A stretch of DNA of 64,000 nt, taken from the IMG/VR virus record IMGVR_UViG_3300027770_001980, positions 157,357-221,356 of that record, one strand, 5' to 3'. A program made the position numbers and the translations under genes. A model generated the notes under the pieces. It saw only the letters and a program-made list of their open reading frames with translations. It searched no databases and had not been told where the DNA came from. Below are positions 38,670 through 47,153 of the stretch, piece by piece; the stretch's first letter is position 1; each line of letters opens with the position of its first letter.

Positions 38670-40110
38670 AGTTATTATCAAAGATGAAGTGAATGTTAAG
38701 ATTGAAAATTTAGATCTCGATGTTCGCAAGGCTTTGGTCAAGAAATTTAAGTATGAAGACCCCACTGCTCGCTTCAGACCCAGCTTCAAATTAGGTCGTT
38801 GGGACGGCAGTATCAGTTTTTTTGGTCTTGGGGGATCCACTTACTTGAGTATGCTTGGACCAGTGTTGGAATATCTGGAAGCTAAGAACTACTACATCGA
38901 AGTTGAAGATCAACGTGAGTCTACAAGCCTGGAATTTTCCGAGATTTTTGAGGATTTTTGGGGTGAAAAAACGTGGCCCGTGGGACATCGATTTGCAGGC
39001 GATCCTATACGCTTACGTGATGACCAGGTTGATGTTATTAATAAGTTTTTAGAAAATCCTCAATGCTTACAAGAAATTGCCACTGGTTTTGGTAAGACGA
39101 TTACCACCGCAACTTTGGCGAAAATTTGTGAAAAATACGGTCGAACTATAACCATCGTTCCAAACAAAAGTCTCGTTGAACAGACCGAAGAAGACTTTGT
39201 AAATGTTGGTTTAGATGTTGGTGTATACTACGGTGACAGAAAAGATCTCAATAAAACACACACAATCTGCACTTGGCAAAGTTTGAATATTTGGGATAAA
39301 AAAAGCAAAAATGATGACGATATTTTACAAATTTCTGAGTTTTTGGCAGATGTAAGAACAGTCATGGTCGACGAGGTACATATGGCAAAAGCCGATGTAT
39401 TGAAGAAATTATTGACACAAAACCTATGTCATGTTCCGATTCGTTGGGGACTTACAGGAACCATTCCAAAAGCAGAACATGAGTATCAAGCACTTAGAGC
39501 AAGCCTGGGAGAAGTGGTAAATGTCGTAAAAGCACATGAACTACAAGAAGCAGGTATATTGAGCGATTGCCATGTTAATATCGTTCAAACCGGTGAGTGG
39601 AAAGAATTTAGTGGTTATGCAGAAGAATTAAAATATCTTGTTACTGATGAGAAAAGAATGACATATGTCAGTAACATGATTCGCAATATTGCAACATCAG
39701 GAAATACCTTGGTCTTGGTTAATAGGATTGACTCAGGTAAATTTATTATCGAACAAATACCAGAAGCGGTGTTTGTTTCAGGGGCAGTCAAAACTAAAGA
39801 CAGAAAAGAAGAGTATGACGAAATTAAAACAAGTGACAATAAGATTATTGTGGCGACTTACGGTGTGGCCGCTGTGGGTATTAATATCCCTCGTATTTTT
39901 AATCTGGTTCTTTTGGAACCCGGAAAGAGCTTTGTCCGAGTTATACAGTCGATTGGGCGAGGTATTCGAAAAGCAGACGATAAAGACTTCGTCCAAATCT
40001 GGGACATAACCGCAGCCAGCAAATACGCCAAACGTCACCTGACAGAAAGAAAGAGGTTTTATAAAGAAGCCAAATACCCGTTTAACATTGAGAAAGTAAC
40101 ATATATATAA
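38656..40110 (+). CDS. uvsW: SF2 DNA helicase (UvsW-like)
   Basis: IATGFGKT, MVDEVH, GLTGT, ATYGVAAVGINIP and QSIGRGIR motifs. Confidence 0.93.
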   Translation: MATCKVIIKDEVNVKIENLDLDVRKALVKKFKYEDPTARFRPSFKLGRWDGSISFFGLGGSTYLSMLGPVLEYLEAKNYYIEVEDQRESTSLEFSEIFEDFWGEKTWPVGHRFAGDPIRLRDDQVDVINKFLENPQCLQEIATGFGKTITTATLAKICEKYGRTITIVPNKSLVEQTEEDFVNVGLDVGVYYGDRKDLNKTHTICTWQSLNIWDKKSKNDDDILQISEFLADVRTVMVDEVHMAKADVLKKLLTQNLCHVPIRWGLTGTIPKAEHEYQALRASLGEVVNVVKAHELQEAGILSDCHVNIVQTGEWKEFSGYAEELKYLVTDEKRMTYVSNMIRNIATSGNTLVLVNRIDSGKFIIEQIPEAVFVSGAVKTKDRKEEYDEIKTSDNKIIVATYGVAAVGINIPRIFNLVLLEPGKSFVRVIQSIGRGIRKADDKDFVQIWDITAASKYAKRHLTERKRFYKEAKYPFNIEKVTYI

Positions 40111-40613
40111 TGCAGATCCTAACCTTGAATAATGAGATTTTTTATCTCAACGAACTACCCGAAGAAGTAGATGACGATCTGAGATTTGCAGTTTTAGATA
40201 ACAGTGACAGTTCAAATCCTGACTACTTTTTCATACCACTAATCTTCCTTGAAAGTTTTACTGGCCCGGCAGCAGTATTGAAAATAGGCAAGCATGAACT
40301 AACTATGCCGTTGGATTGGTGTGCTATTGTAGGCGATCCAGAAGGCCCCGATATGGAAGTATTGCCACTAACGAGCCTAAACGACCGTGGATTCAAAACC
40401 TTCTGTTTCAATCCATTAAGCAGTTTCCGTCCTGAATTCCACGAGATTGATATTATCGATGTTTACCAAGATGTCAAGTGGTATTTTCCCAAGATGAAAC
40501 CAGGACAACTATTATGCACACCATTAGAAGCAGGCCCTAAACCCACCTGTGCATATTTTGTCAAAGAAGTTAGTCGTCAAAGTGAATTAGTGGATTATAC
40601 AAGGTGCTGGTAA
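40110..40613 (+). CDS. Hypothetical beta-rich protein, possibly a stand-alone Hint-like fold
   Basis: Pattern ILTLNN...LNEL...DDLRFAVLD...LKIGKHELTMPLDW...LTSL; no catalytic Cys1, His or terminal Asn. Confidence 0.4.
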   Translation: MQILTLNNEIFYLNELPEEVDDDLRFAVLDNSDSSNPDYFFIPLIFLESFTGPAAVLKIGKHELTMPLDWCAIVGDPEGPDMEVLPLTSLNDRGFKTFCFNPLSSFRPEFHEIDIIDVYQDVKWYFPKMKPGQLLCTPLEAGPKPTCAYFVKEVSRQSELVDYTRCW

Positions 40614-40874
40614 ATGTCGAAAATCTTTGAAAGTCCAGATAAAGGCGAAACTGTTTATGTTAGAAAAATAGGTTCAACTGATCGAGTTCTAAATTCAGAA
40701 AGTGAGAAGAGAAAAAGTCTTCACGATGATATAAAAGAAAGTCAATTCTGGGCCCGTGTTCACCGTGAAGCGAAGACCAATCCCACTTTACAAGAAGCAT
40801 TAGATCGTGTTAAAGTAACATACTATCTAACAGCAGACTACGAGAAATATTATGGCAACCGCCGCAAAACTTGA
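40614..40874 (+). CDS. Hypothetical protein
   Basis: 86 aa; IFESPDKGETVYVR N-terminus and NPTLQEAL C-terminal helix. Confidence 0.55.
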   Translation: MSKIFESPDKGETVYVRKIGSTDRVLNSESEKRKSLHDDIKESQFWARVHREAKTNPTLQEALDRVKVTYYLTADYEKYYGNRRKT

Positions 40875-41322
40875 CATTAAACGCGAACTACGTGGTGTAG
40901 ATCAAAAAGACTACAACTTCTACGACAATCTCACCGACGAAGAAAAGAAAGCATTCAGTCCTTACATATTAATGCGATATACTGCAAGTGTACAGATGCC
41001 TGATAGAGATATACAAGAATGGTATCTGGAAATGACCAACGAAATGGTCAATAAGAATCATTGGGATTTGAGTAAAGAACATAAGGCATTATTGTGGAAA
41101 TTATTCGCTGCTACAGGTACAGGTGTTAATTGTTATCATCCGTATTTGGCGGCAGGTAAAAAAGAAAAAGCCAACAAGATTGAAAAACTATTGGCAGAAC
41201 TCAATCCGGCAATGAAGATGGCAGATATCAAACTAATGGCATCTATGATGGATAAGAAAGATCGAGAAGAACTGTTTGACAAGATGGGATTTGATAAGAA
41301 ACAAAGGAAAGAATATGAGTGA
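40852..41322 (+). CDS. Possible clamp-loader small subunit (gp62-like) or hypothetical protein
   Basis: Helical 156 aa with AFSPYILMRY...EMVNK, loosely gp62-like; replication-gene context. Confidence 0.4.
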   Translation: MATAAKLDIKRELRGVDQKDYNFYDNLTDEEKKAFSPYILMRYTASVQMPDRDIQEWYLEMTNEMVNKNHWDLSKEHKALLWKLFAATGTGVNCYHPYLAAGKKEKANKIEKLLAELNPAMKMADIKLMASMMDKKDREELFDKMGFDKKQRKEYE

Positions 41323-42067
41323 TGACTTAAAAGATATTAGAGTAAAATATAAAGAGCTATCACGTTCTGTGTTACTAAGAGGCGATCAATATTGGTATGA
41401 ACCGTCGGTTATAATTGGATGGAAAGAGCACGAAGTAACTAATAGTTATCTCGTGAATTTAGTGTTAGATGCAGCAAAAATTGCTTCTACTGAAAATATT
41501 AAAATACCTAAACCGTTTTTGTCAGATAATAAATTCTATAATAAATTTCCCGGGGAACATTATAGACTACTGAATGCAATAGTCAAGACCGGACAAGCTA
41601 AAAAAATAGTAGAAGTTGGAACATCAACGGGCATGGGATCGGTAGCACTATCACAAAGTATGAATAGTGGTGAGTTACATACCTTTGATTTATTTGCTTG
41701 GAATTCTAATTTTTTTCAATCTCACCTCGACGAAGTAATAATGAAGGATCGAAATATAACTCAACATCTTGCAGATTTAAGCGATGTTGAACAATTCTTA
41801 AAATATTTTGATCTTTTAGATTCCGCTGATATTATATTTGTCGATGGTCCAAAAGACGGAATATTTGAATATAAATTATTCTCTCTGTTACAAGAACTTA
41901 AACCTAAAGAAAATAAATTGTTAATATTTGACGATATTAATTTTATTGATATGGTAGATTTATGGAAAAATATCAAATCTCCAAAATTGGATATCACTAC
42001 ATTTGGTCATTGGAGTGGAACCGGAATTGTAGATATCAGTAATAAATTACTTTCAGAATATAAATGA
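41315..42067 (+). CDS. Class I SAM-dependent methyltransferase; start refined to ATG 41315
   Basis: KIVEVGTSTGMGS, LHTFD, DIIFVDGPK and LIFDDI motifs. Confidence 0.82.
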   Translation: MSDDLKDIRVKYKELSRSVLLRGDQYWYEPSVIIGWKEHEVTNSYLVNLVLDAAKIASTENIKIPKPFLSDNKFYNKFPGEHYRLLNAIVKTGQAKKIVEVGTSTGMGSVALSQSMNSGELHTFDLFAWNSNFFQSHLDEVIMKDRNITQHLADLSDVEQFLKYFDLLDSADIIFVDGPKDGIFEYKLFSLLQELKPKENKLLIFDDINFIDMVDLWKNIKSPKLDITTFGHWSGTGIVDISNKLLSEYK

Positions 42068-42759
42068 TAGCATTGGTAGAACAACCGCATAATTGCGTAC
42101 ATTGCAAGAAGAGTTTCATGCAGGAGAAAACTCTTGTGGCTCATATGTGCGAACGCAAACGTCGTGCTCTACAACGGGATGAGAAACGTGTCCAAGCAGG
42201 TTTCATGGCATTCAATCGTTTTTGGATGTTGACACAAGGTGCTAAAAAAACCAAGACATACGACGACTTTGCCGATAGCAGTTATTATAATGCTTTTGTT
42301 AAGTTTGGAAGTTTCGTTAATAATGTCAATCCATTGTATCCAGACAAGTTCATCGACTATGTGATCAAAAGTGGAGTTAAGTTGGATCACTGGTGCAGAG
42401 ATGAGATGTATGAGAAATATCTTTTTGATATTCTAAAGGTAGAACCAGTTGAAAGTGCTGTGCAGAGAAGCCTGCAAACTATGATGGAATGGGCAGATGC
42501 ACATAATGCAGATTTTGCACATTACTTTTCCTATGTTAGTCTTAACAAAGCGGTACACGATATCCTTAATGGGAAAGTCAGTTTTTGGATTATCATGAAT
42601 AGTGATGCCGGTAAAACAATGATCGGCAATATGAGTGACGAACAGTTGTCGATGATATCTCCGGTGTTTGACGTGCCATTTTGGATGAAGAAGTTTAAAC
42701 AAAGCCCAGCAGATGTTGCCTTGGTAAAAGAAATATGTATAGAGGCAGGAATTAAATGA
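42064..42759 (+). CDS. Hypothetical protein with an N-terminal C2H2/C2HC-like zinc finger
   Basis: HNCVHCKKSFMQEKTLVAHMCE. Confidence 0.55.
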   Translation: MIALVEQPHNCVHCKKSFMQEKTLVAHMCERKRRALQRDEKRVQAGFMAFNRFWMLTQGAKKTKTYDDFADSSYYNAFVKFGSFVNNVNPLYPDKFIDYVIKSGVKLDHWCRDEMYEKYLFDILKVEPVESAVQRSLQTMMEWADAHNADFAHYFSYVSLNKAVHDILNGKVSFWIIMNSDAGKTMIGNMSDEQLSMISPVFDVPFWMKKFKQSPADVALVKEICIEAGIK

Positions 42760-43142
42760 ATGACAATATTAAAAAATTTATAGAGTATCATCGTATTAAT
42801 ATTATCGATGATAATAAACGTGCCCATAAACACACACGTATGAATATGCGATACTTTCAAAATCCTGTTGACTATAACGAATTAACAGCAACGGATGTAA
42901 TTCAATACGAGACTGTGAAATTATATACTGTAGAAATTGCAGAAAATTCATTAGAACGTATAGCAGACTTTGAAGCCGAAGTTTTTAACAATATGGAAAA
43001 AAGTGGTCACTACAGAATGTTTGAAACATTAATGGAGCAAAAAGAACATGAAAAATATCTTAAGAACAAATATCCGGCAGTTAAAAAGGCTTACGAACAT
43101 TATAGTCTTATGTTAAAATTAGCAGAAAGTGGGGAACTATGA
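42756..43142 (+). CDS. Hypothetical protein
   Basis: 128 aa, ends YPAVKKAYEHYSLMLKL. Confidence 0.55.
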   Translation: MNDNIKKFIEYHRINIIDDNKRAHKHTRMNMRYFQNPVDYNELTATDVIQYETVKLYTVEIAENSLERIADFEAEVFNNMEKSGHYRMFETLMEQKEHEKYLKNKYPAVKKAYEHYSLMLKLAESGEL

Positions 43143-43324
43143 AAATACCAAAAATAGGCAGTAAATGGAACGGTCACGGCAGTTCTGAAGTATTTCGTGT
43201 ATTACATACTATTGAAATAGATGGACATATCTGGGTGCATTATCGCAACGACAACGACGGCGATCGAAAATACAGTTGCTATGTTGAAAGTTTCTTAGAA
43301 CGATTTAGAGAGATGGAGAACTAA
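43139..43324 (+). CDS. Small hypothetical protein
   Basis: 61 aa, overlaps the upstream stop (ATGA). Confidence 0.5.
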   Translation: MKIPKIGSKWNGHGSSEVFRVLHTIEIDGHIWVHYRNDNDGDRKYSCYVESFLERFREMEN

Positions 43325-43326
43325 AA

Positions 43327-44229
43327 ATGATAACAATTGAGATGGGTGGTAGAATAGGAAATCATTTATGGCAATACGCTGTAGGTAGAACAATAGCTGA
43401 ATATAAAAGTTTTGATTTTTATGTACCTAAACATTTTCAATTAGGGGAAGATTTATTTGCTAATACATCAACGGGTATTGATCGGTGTGAGACGCATAAT
43501 GAATTCCAAGCATGTAATCGACCTGGATTTATTGCCACATGCGGATATTGGCAAAGATACGATCCTATGGTGTGGGAAATATCAGATCATACAAAATTAT
43601 CCACCAAGACCGGATGGGAAACTGAAAAATATATTATAAACAATAAAAGTAATATACAAAAATGGTTTACAATGAAAAATCCAAATGTTGACTTGTATAA
43701 TCAACTTCAGTTAAATGACGATGTATGTGTGATTAATTTTAGAGGAGAAGATTTTAAAAATTTGCCAGATGTTTATGTACATCCAAGTTTTTATTACAAC
43801 TCTATAAATCATATGAAATCAATAAATCCTAAAATGAAATTTATTGTGATAACAAATGATGTAGAAGAAGGAAAAAGAATATTTCCTGCCTACCCAGTAT
43901 ATCACTTTGGAATTAAAGATGATTTTGATGTAGTGAATAACGCCAAGTATTTGATCATTGCTAATTCGTCATTTAGTTGGTGGGCTGCTTGGCTAAACAA
44001 TAAAAGTAGATTCACTATAGCACCAAAGTATTGGCATAGATTTAATGCAAATAATGGCTGGTGGGCTCCTATTGATATTCCTACACATGGGTGGTTTTAT
44101 GCAGATAAGTTGGGAAAATTATCCTCATCTAATCAATGCTTTTTAGAAATAGTAGATCAGGATCCATCGAAATATCCTCATCAAGATAATAGATTAGTTT
44201 CATGGAACGGTGACTATAATAGTTTATGA
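43327..44229 (+). CDS. GT11 (alpha-1,2-fucosyltransferase-like) glycosyltransferase
   Basis: GGRIGNHLWQYA, INFRGEDF and DDF...IIANSSFSWWAAWL, matching GT11 motifs. Confidence 0.85.
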   Translation: MITIEMGGRIGNHLWQYAVGRTIAEYKSFDFYVPKHFQLGEDLFANTSTGIDRCETHNEFQACNRPGFIATCGYWQRYDPMVWEISDHTKLSTKTGWETEKYIINNKSNIQKWFTMKNPNVDLYNQLQLNDDVCVINFRGEDFKNLPDVYVHPSFYYNSINHMKSINPKMKFIVITNDVEEGKRIFPAYPVYHFGIKDDFDVVNNAKYLIIANSSFSWWAAWLNNKSRFTIAPKYWHRFNANNGWWAPIDIPTHGWFYADKLGKLSSSNQCFLEIVDQDPSKYPHQDNRLVSWNGDYNSL

Positions 44230-44690
44230 TGAAACAGAAATTTATTGACTTATATATGGACTGGGCTGAACGCACAGCCCAACTCAGTCACGCAGAAAGA
44301 CTTAAGGTAGGTGCGGTCATCGTAAAGGATGACAGCGTGATCAGCTACGGCTACAACGGCATGCCCGCAGGTTGGGATAATACCTGCGAGGTTGAGATCG
44401 GCCAGGTGCTAGACGATAATGATAATATTGTTGAAACAAGATTAAAAACTAAACCAGAGGTATTACATGCGGAAATGAATAGTTTAATGAAACTTGCTAA
44501 AAGTACAAATTCAGGAAATCAAGCATCTATGTTCATAACACATTCTCCTTGTTTGGAATGTGCCAAGGGAATTTATCAAGCAGGTATAAAAGAAGTATTT
44601 TACGGCCAGGATTATCGTTCCGAAGACGGAATAGTTTTTTTAAAAAAGTGCGGGATTAAAATAGAAAAAATAATTAAAGATGATAAATAA
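44226..44690 (+). CDS. dCMP deaminase
   Basis: KVGAVIV, GYNGMP, HAEMN and SPCLECAK zinc motifs. Confidence 0.93.
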   Translation: MMKQKFIDLYMDWAERTAQLSHAERLKVGAVIVKDDSVISYGYNGMPAGWDNTCEVEIGQVLDDNDNIVETRLKTKPEVLHAEMNSLMKLAKSTNSGNQASMFITHSPCLECAKGIYQAGIKEVFYGQDYRSEDGIVFLKKCGIKIEKIIKDDK

Positions 44691-44715
44691 AAGTACTACA
44701 TGCCGAAGCACTTTT

Positions 44716-45357
44716 ATGAAACATAAACATCACATTATACCGAGACATATGGGAGGTTCCGACGATTTAAATAATATAATAGAACTTTCTGTAGAGGAGC
44801 ATTCACAAGCACATCTTAAACTTTACGAACAATATGGAAAGAAAGAAGATCTGTGTGCTTACTATATGTTATCAGGAAAATCCCAAGATCCAGAATTTAA
44901 AAAAATGGTATGCTCTTTAGGTGGAAAAGCAACTGCAAAAATTAGAAAAGCATCAGGAGAAAAATGGGGATTTGGTTTGCTAAATCCTGATGAATTATTT
45001 GAAATGCAATCTAAAAACGGAAAAATACAAGGTAAAAGAAATGCAGAATCTGGACATATTCAACGAATACAAAAATTATCAGATACAATTGCTGCTGGGA
45101 AGAAAGGCGGAAAAACAACAATGGCAAGAGGAAAAGGTTCGTTTGCTGATCCTGAAGAAAGATTAAAATCTGCAAGTAAAGGCGGAAAAACACAGGGAAA
45201 ACGAAATGCCGAGTCTGGACACTTAAAAAGAATAGCGCAGATTCCGAGTAAGAAAAACAGAGGTATGTTTTGGATTACAAACGGAATTGAAAATATGATG
45301 ATAAATCTAATCGATATTATTCCAGAAGGTTATAAAAAAGGTAGAGTGATAAAATAA
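44716..45357 (+). mobile_element. Free-standing HNH homing endonuclease; start refined to ATG 44716
   Basis: HKHHIIPRHMGGSDDLNNIIELSVEEHSQAH; repeated GKxQGKRNAESGH(I/L) modules; own TAAATA at 44684-44689. Confidence 0.85.
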
Positions 45358-45932
45358 TGGATATCGATATCGACTTTCCAGATAGAAAACGAGTACTTGA
45401 TATAATCCGGCACATTCCAGCACGTCTCGAAGATGGAAAGAAACATAACACAGGTGTCTATTGTCACAGTATTCCCTACAATCCATTAACTGATACTGCC
45501 AGTATCGATTATAAATCTGCAGAGGAACGTGGATACTTTAAGATCGATTTCTTAAATGTTGGTGCGTATAACGGTGTCAAGGATGAAGGTCATCTTGTAG
45601 AATTACTTAATACTGAACCACTGTGGGATTTGCTGTGTGAGAAGGACGTATGTGATCAATTGTTCCATATCAATGGATATCATAACTTATTGGCAGAGTT
45701 GAAACCTAAGAGTATTGTAGAATTAGCCACGGTCCTGGCTATGATCAGACCCGGTAAAAAACATTTGATCCCAGTATGCAAGGAAAAAGGATTCCAGGCC
45801 ATCTATGATGAAATATGGACTAAGACTGAGGATTCCTATTTCTTCAAGAAGGCCCACGCTATATCTTATGCGTCGGTTATTGTAGTTCAACTTAACCTCC
45901 TATGTGAGCGAATTAGTTACGGGTACTCTTAA
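45357..45932 (+). CDS. dnaE: Miniature DnaE-like (family C DNA polymerase) palm and fingers core, 191 aa
   Basis: DIDIDF (= PDFDVDF), KHNTGVY (= HAGGVVI), GYFKIDFL (= GLVKFDFL), IRPG (= FRPG) and YFFKKAHAISYA (= YGFNKSHSAAYA), in the correct order. Confidence 0.8.
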   Translation: MDIDIDFPDRKRVLDIIRHIPARLEDGKKHNTGVYCHSIPYNPLTDTASIDYKSAEERGYFKIDFLNVGAYNGVKDEGHLVELLNTEPLWDLLCEKDVCDQLFHINGYHNLLAELKPKSIVELATVLAMIRPGKKHLIPVCKEKGFQAIYDEIWTKTEDSYFFKKAHAISYASVIVVQLNLLCERISYGYS

Positions 45933-46290
45933 CAGACCGTACTAATTGTATTGATTTTCTTTTTATACGCTTTTCAGCAATTTCGCTGAGATTCACTGTG
46001 GGCCCAAATAATATCTCAACATCTTTACTGCTGAATGTTTTGATATAAGGTTTAAAATCCTGCATCTCTTTTTTTAGAAATATGTTAATTGGTATTTTCC
46101 TATTGCTTTCCCACCACCAAACTTCACCTAATTCTAAAAACATTTTCTTTTCATTTTCTTCAATGATCATTGATAGATCGTATATGCTGGATACATAATC
46201 ATCACAGTTGATAATTATACCGACATATTCCTTGTCATTGGACTTTAGACAGGAAATAAAGGGGAATTTGTCCTGGAATTGATTACTCAT
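45913..46290 (-). CDS. Hypothetical protein
   Basis: 125 aa with WWWESNRKIPINIFL; convergent with the dnaE-like gene. Confidence 0.55.
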   Translation of the reverse strand: MSNQFQDKFPFISCLKSNDKEYVGIIINCDDYVSSIYDLSMIIEENEKKMFLELGEVWWWESNRKIPINIFLKKEMQDFKPYIKTFSSKDVEILFGPTVNLSEIAEKRIKRKSIQLVRSVKSTRN

Positions 46291-46311
46291 TGAAGTTTAA
46301 ATAAATACATT

Positions 46312-47145
46312 ATGCAAATTTTACCAATCTATTTATACTTAAATAAACTCGATGTGACACTAGATTTGGACGCTGCAATCAGAGGAGTAAATCAGGTTAT
46401 GTATCAACGAGACCTAACAATACAAAAAGGAATTAAGAATCAAGTAAGGATTCAATTCAAAAACAGCGATCAAAAACGTATATCTATCTCCGACACACAA
46501 ACATTCGTGTTTACTATGTTTGATGCTATAAATCAACGTATGCTCTTAGAAAAACAACTTGAGGTATTGGCAGAAACCACCAGTACTAAGGGCATGGCTC
46601 TATTGACTCTTACTGAAAGTGATACTCTCGATCTTGATAAATCCAGCTATACTTACAGTGTAAAGGTATTAGATTCTGATGGAACTTATACTCCTGCATA
46701 CGCCAATGTTTACTACGGAATGAACGGTACTTTACATATCTCCAATGATGTATTTCCGGTGTTGAAAGATAGCACAACTGTTACCAGTTTTAATGCGACA
46801 TTTAATGATCTTACAAGAAAATATGAACATAAGAGTGGAAACATATATGCTAATCCAGAATTCAACGGTAATTCCGCATTGAATACCGTAGCAATTTATA
46901 TGACTGCATATAAAGGTACTGTTTACATACAGGGAACATTAGATAATACTCCAACCGGCGATAGTAGCTATTACACCATTTCTACCCATTCTTATGATAG
47001 TTACACAGGAGTTGATTATAAAAACTTTAATGGTGTATATACCTATATACGTATTGTGCATGTTCCAGCTACAAGACCCGCTGATTCGGATAATAATGAC
47101 CCAACTTACTTCGGATCACTTGACAAAGTCCTATATAGAAGTTAA
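46312..47145 (+). CDS. Putative late structural protein (Ig/BppU-like beta domain)
   Basis: TAAATA boxes at 46298-46307; beta-rich, with a LDKSSYTYSVKV pattern. Confidence 0.4.
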   Translation: MQILPIYLYLNKLDVTLDLDAAIRGVNQVMYQRDLTIQKGIKNQVRIQFKNSDQKRISISDTQTFVFTMFDAINQRMLLEKQLEVLAETTSTKGMALLTLTESDTLDLDKSSYTYSVKVLDSDGTYTPAYANVYYGMNGTLHISNDVFPVLKDSTTVTSFNATFNDLTRKYEHKSGNIYANPEFNGNSALNTVAIYMTAYKGTVYIQGTLDNTPTGDSSYYTISTHSYDSYTGVDYKNFNGVYTYIRIVHVPATRPADSDNNDPTYFGSLDKVLYRS

Positions 47146-47148
47146 AAT
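47120..47148 (+). promoter_or_regulatory. sigma70-like promoter for primase-helicase
   Basis: TTGACA(47120)-N17-TAAAAT(47143), embedded in the 3' end of the upstream gene. Confidence 0.7.
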
Positions 47149-47153
47149 AGTGC

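Noticed and set aside
45357-45932. Treating the DnaE-like ORF as a simple pseudogene
   Set aside because: Motifs from widely separated parts of DnaE are condensed in one clean frame with the catalytic residues intact, which looks like selected miniaturisation rather than random truncation. Homologue comparison is needed to settle it.
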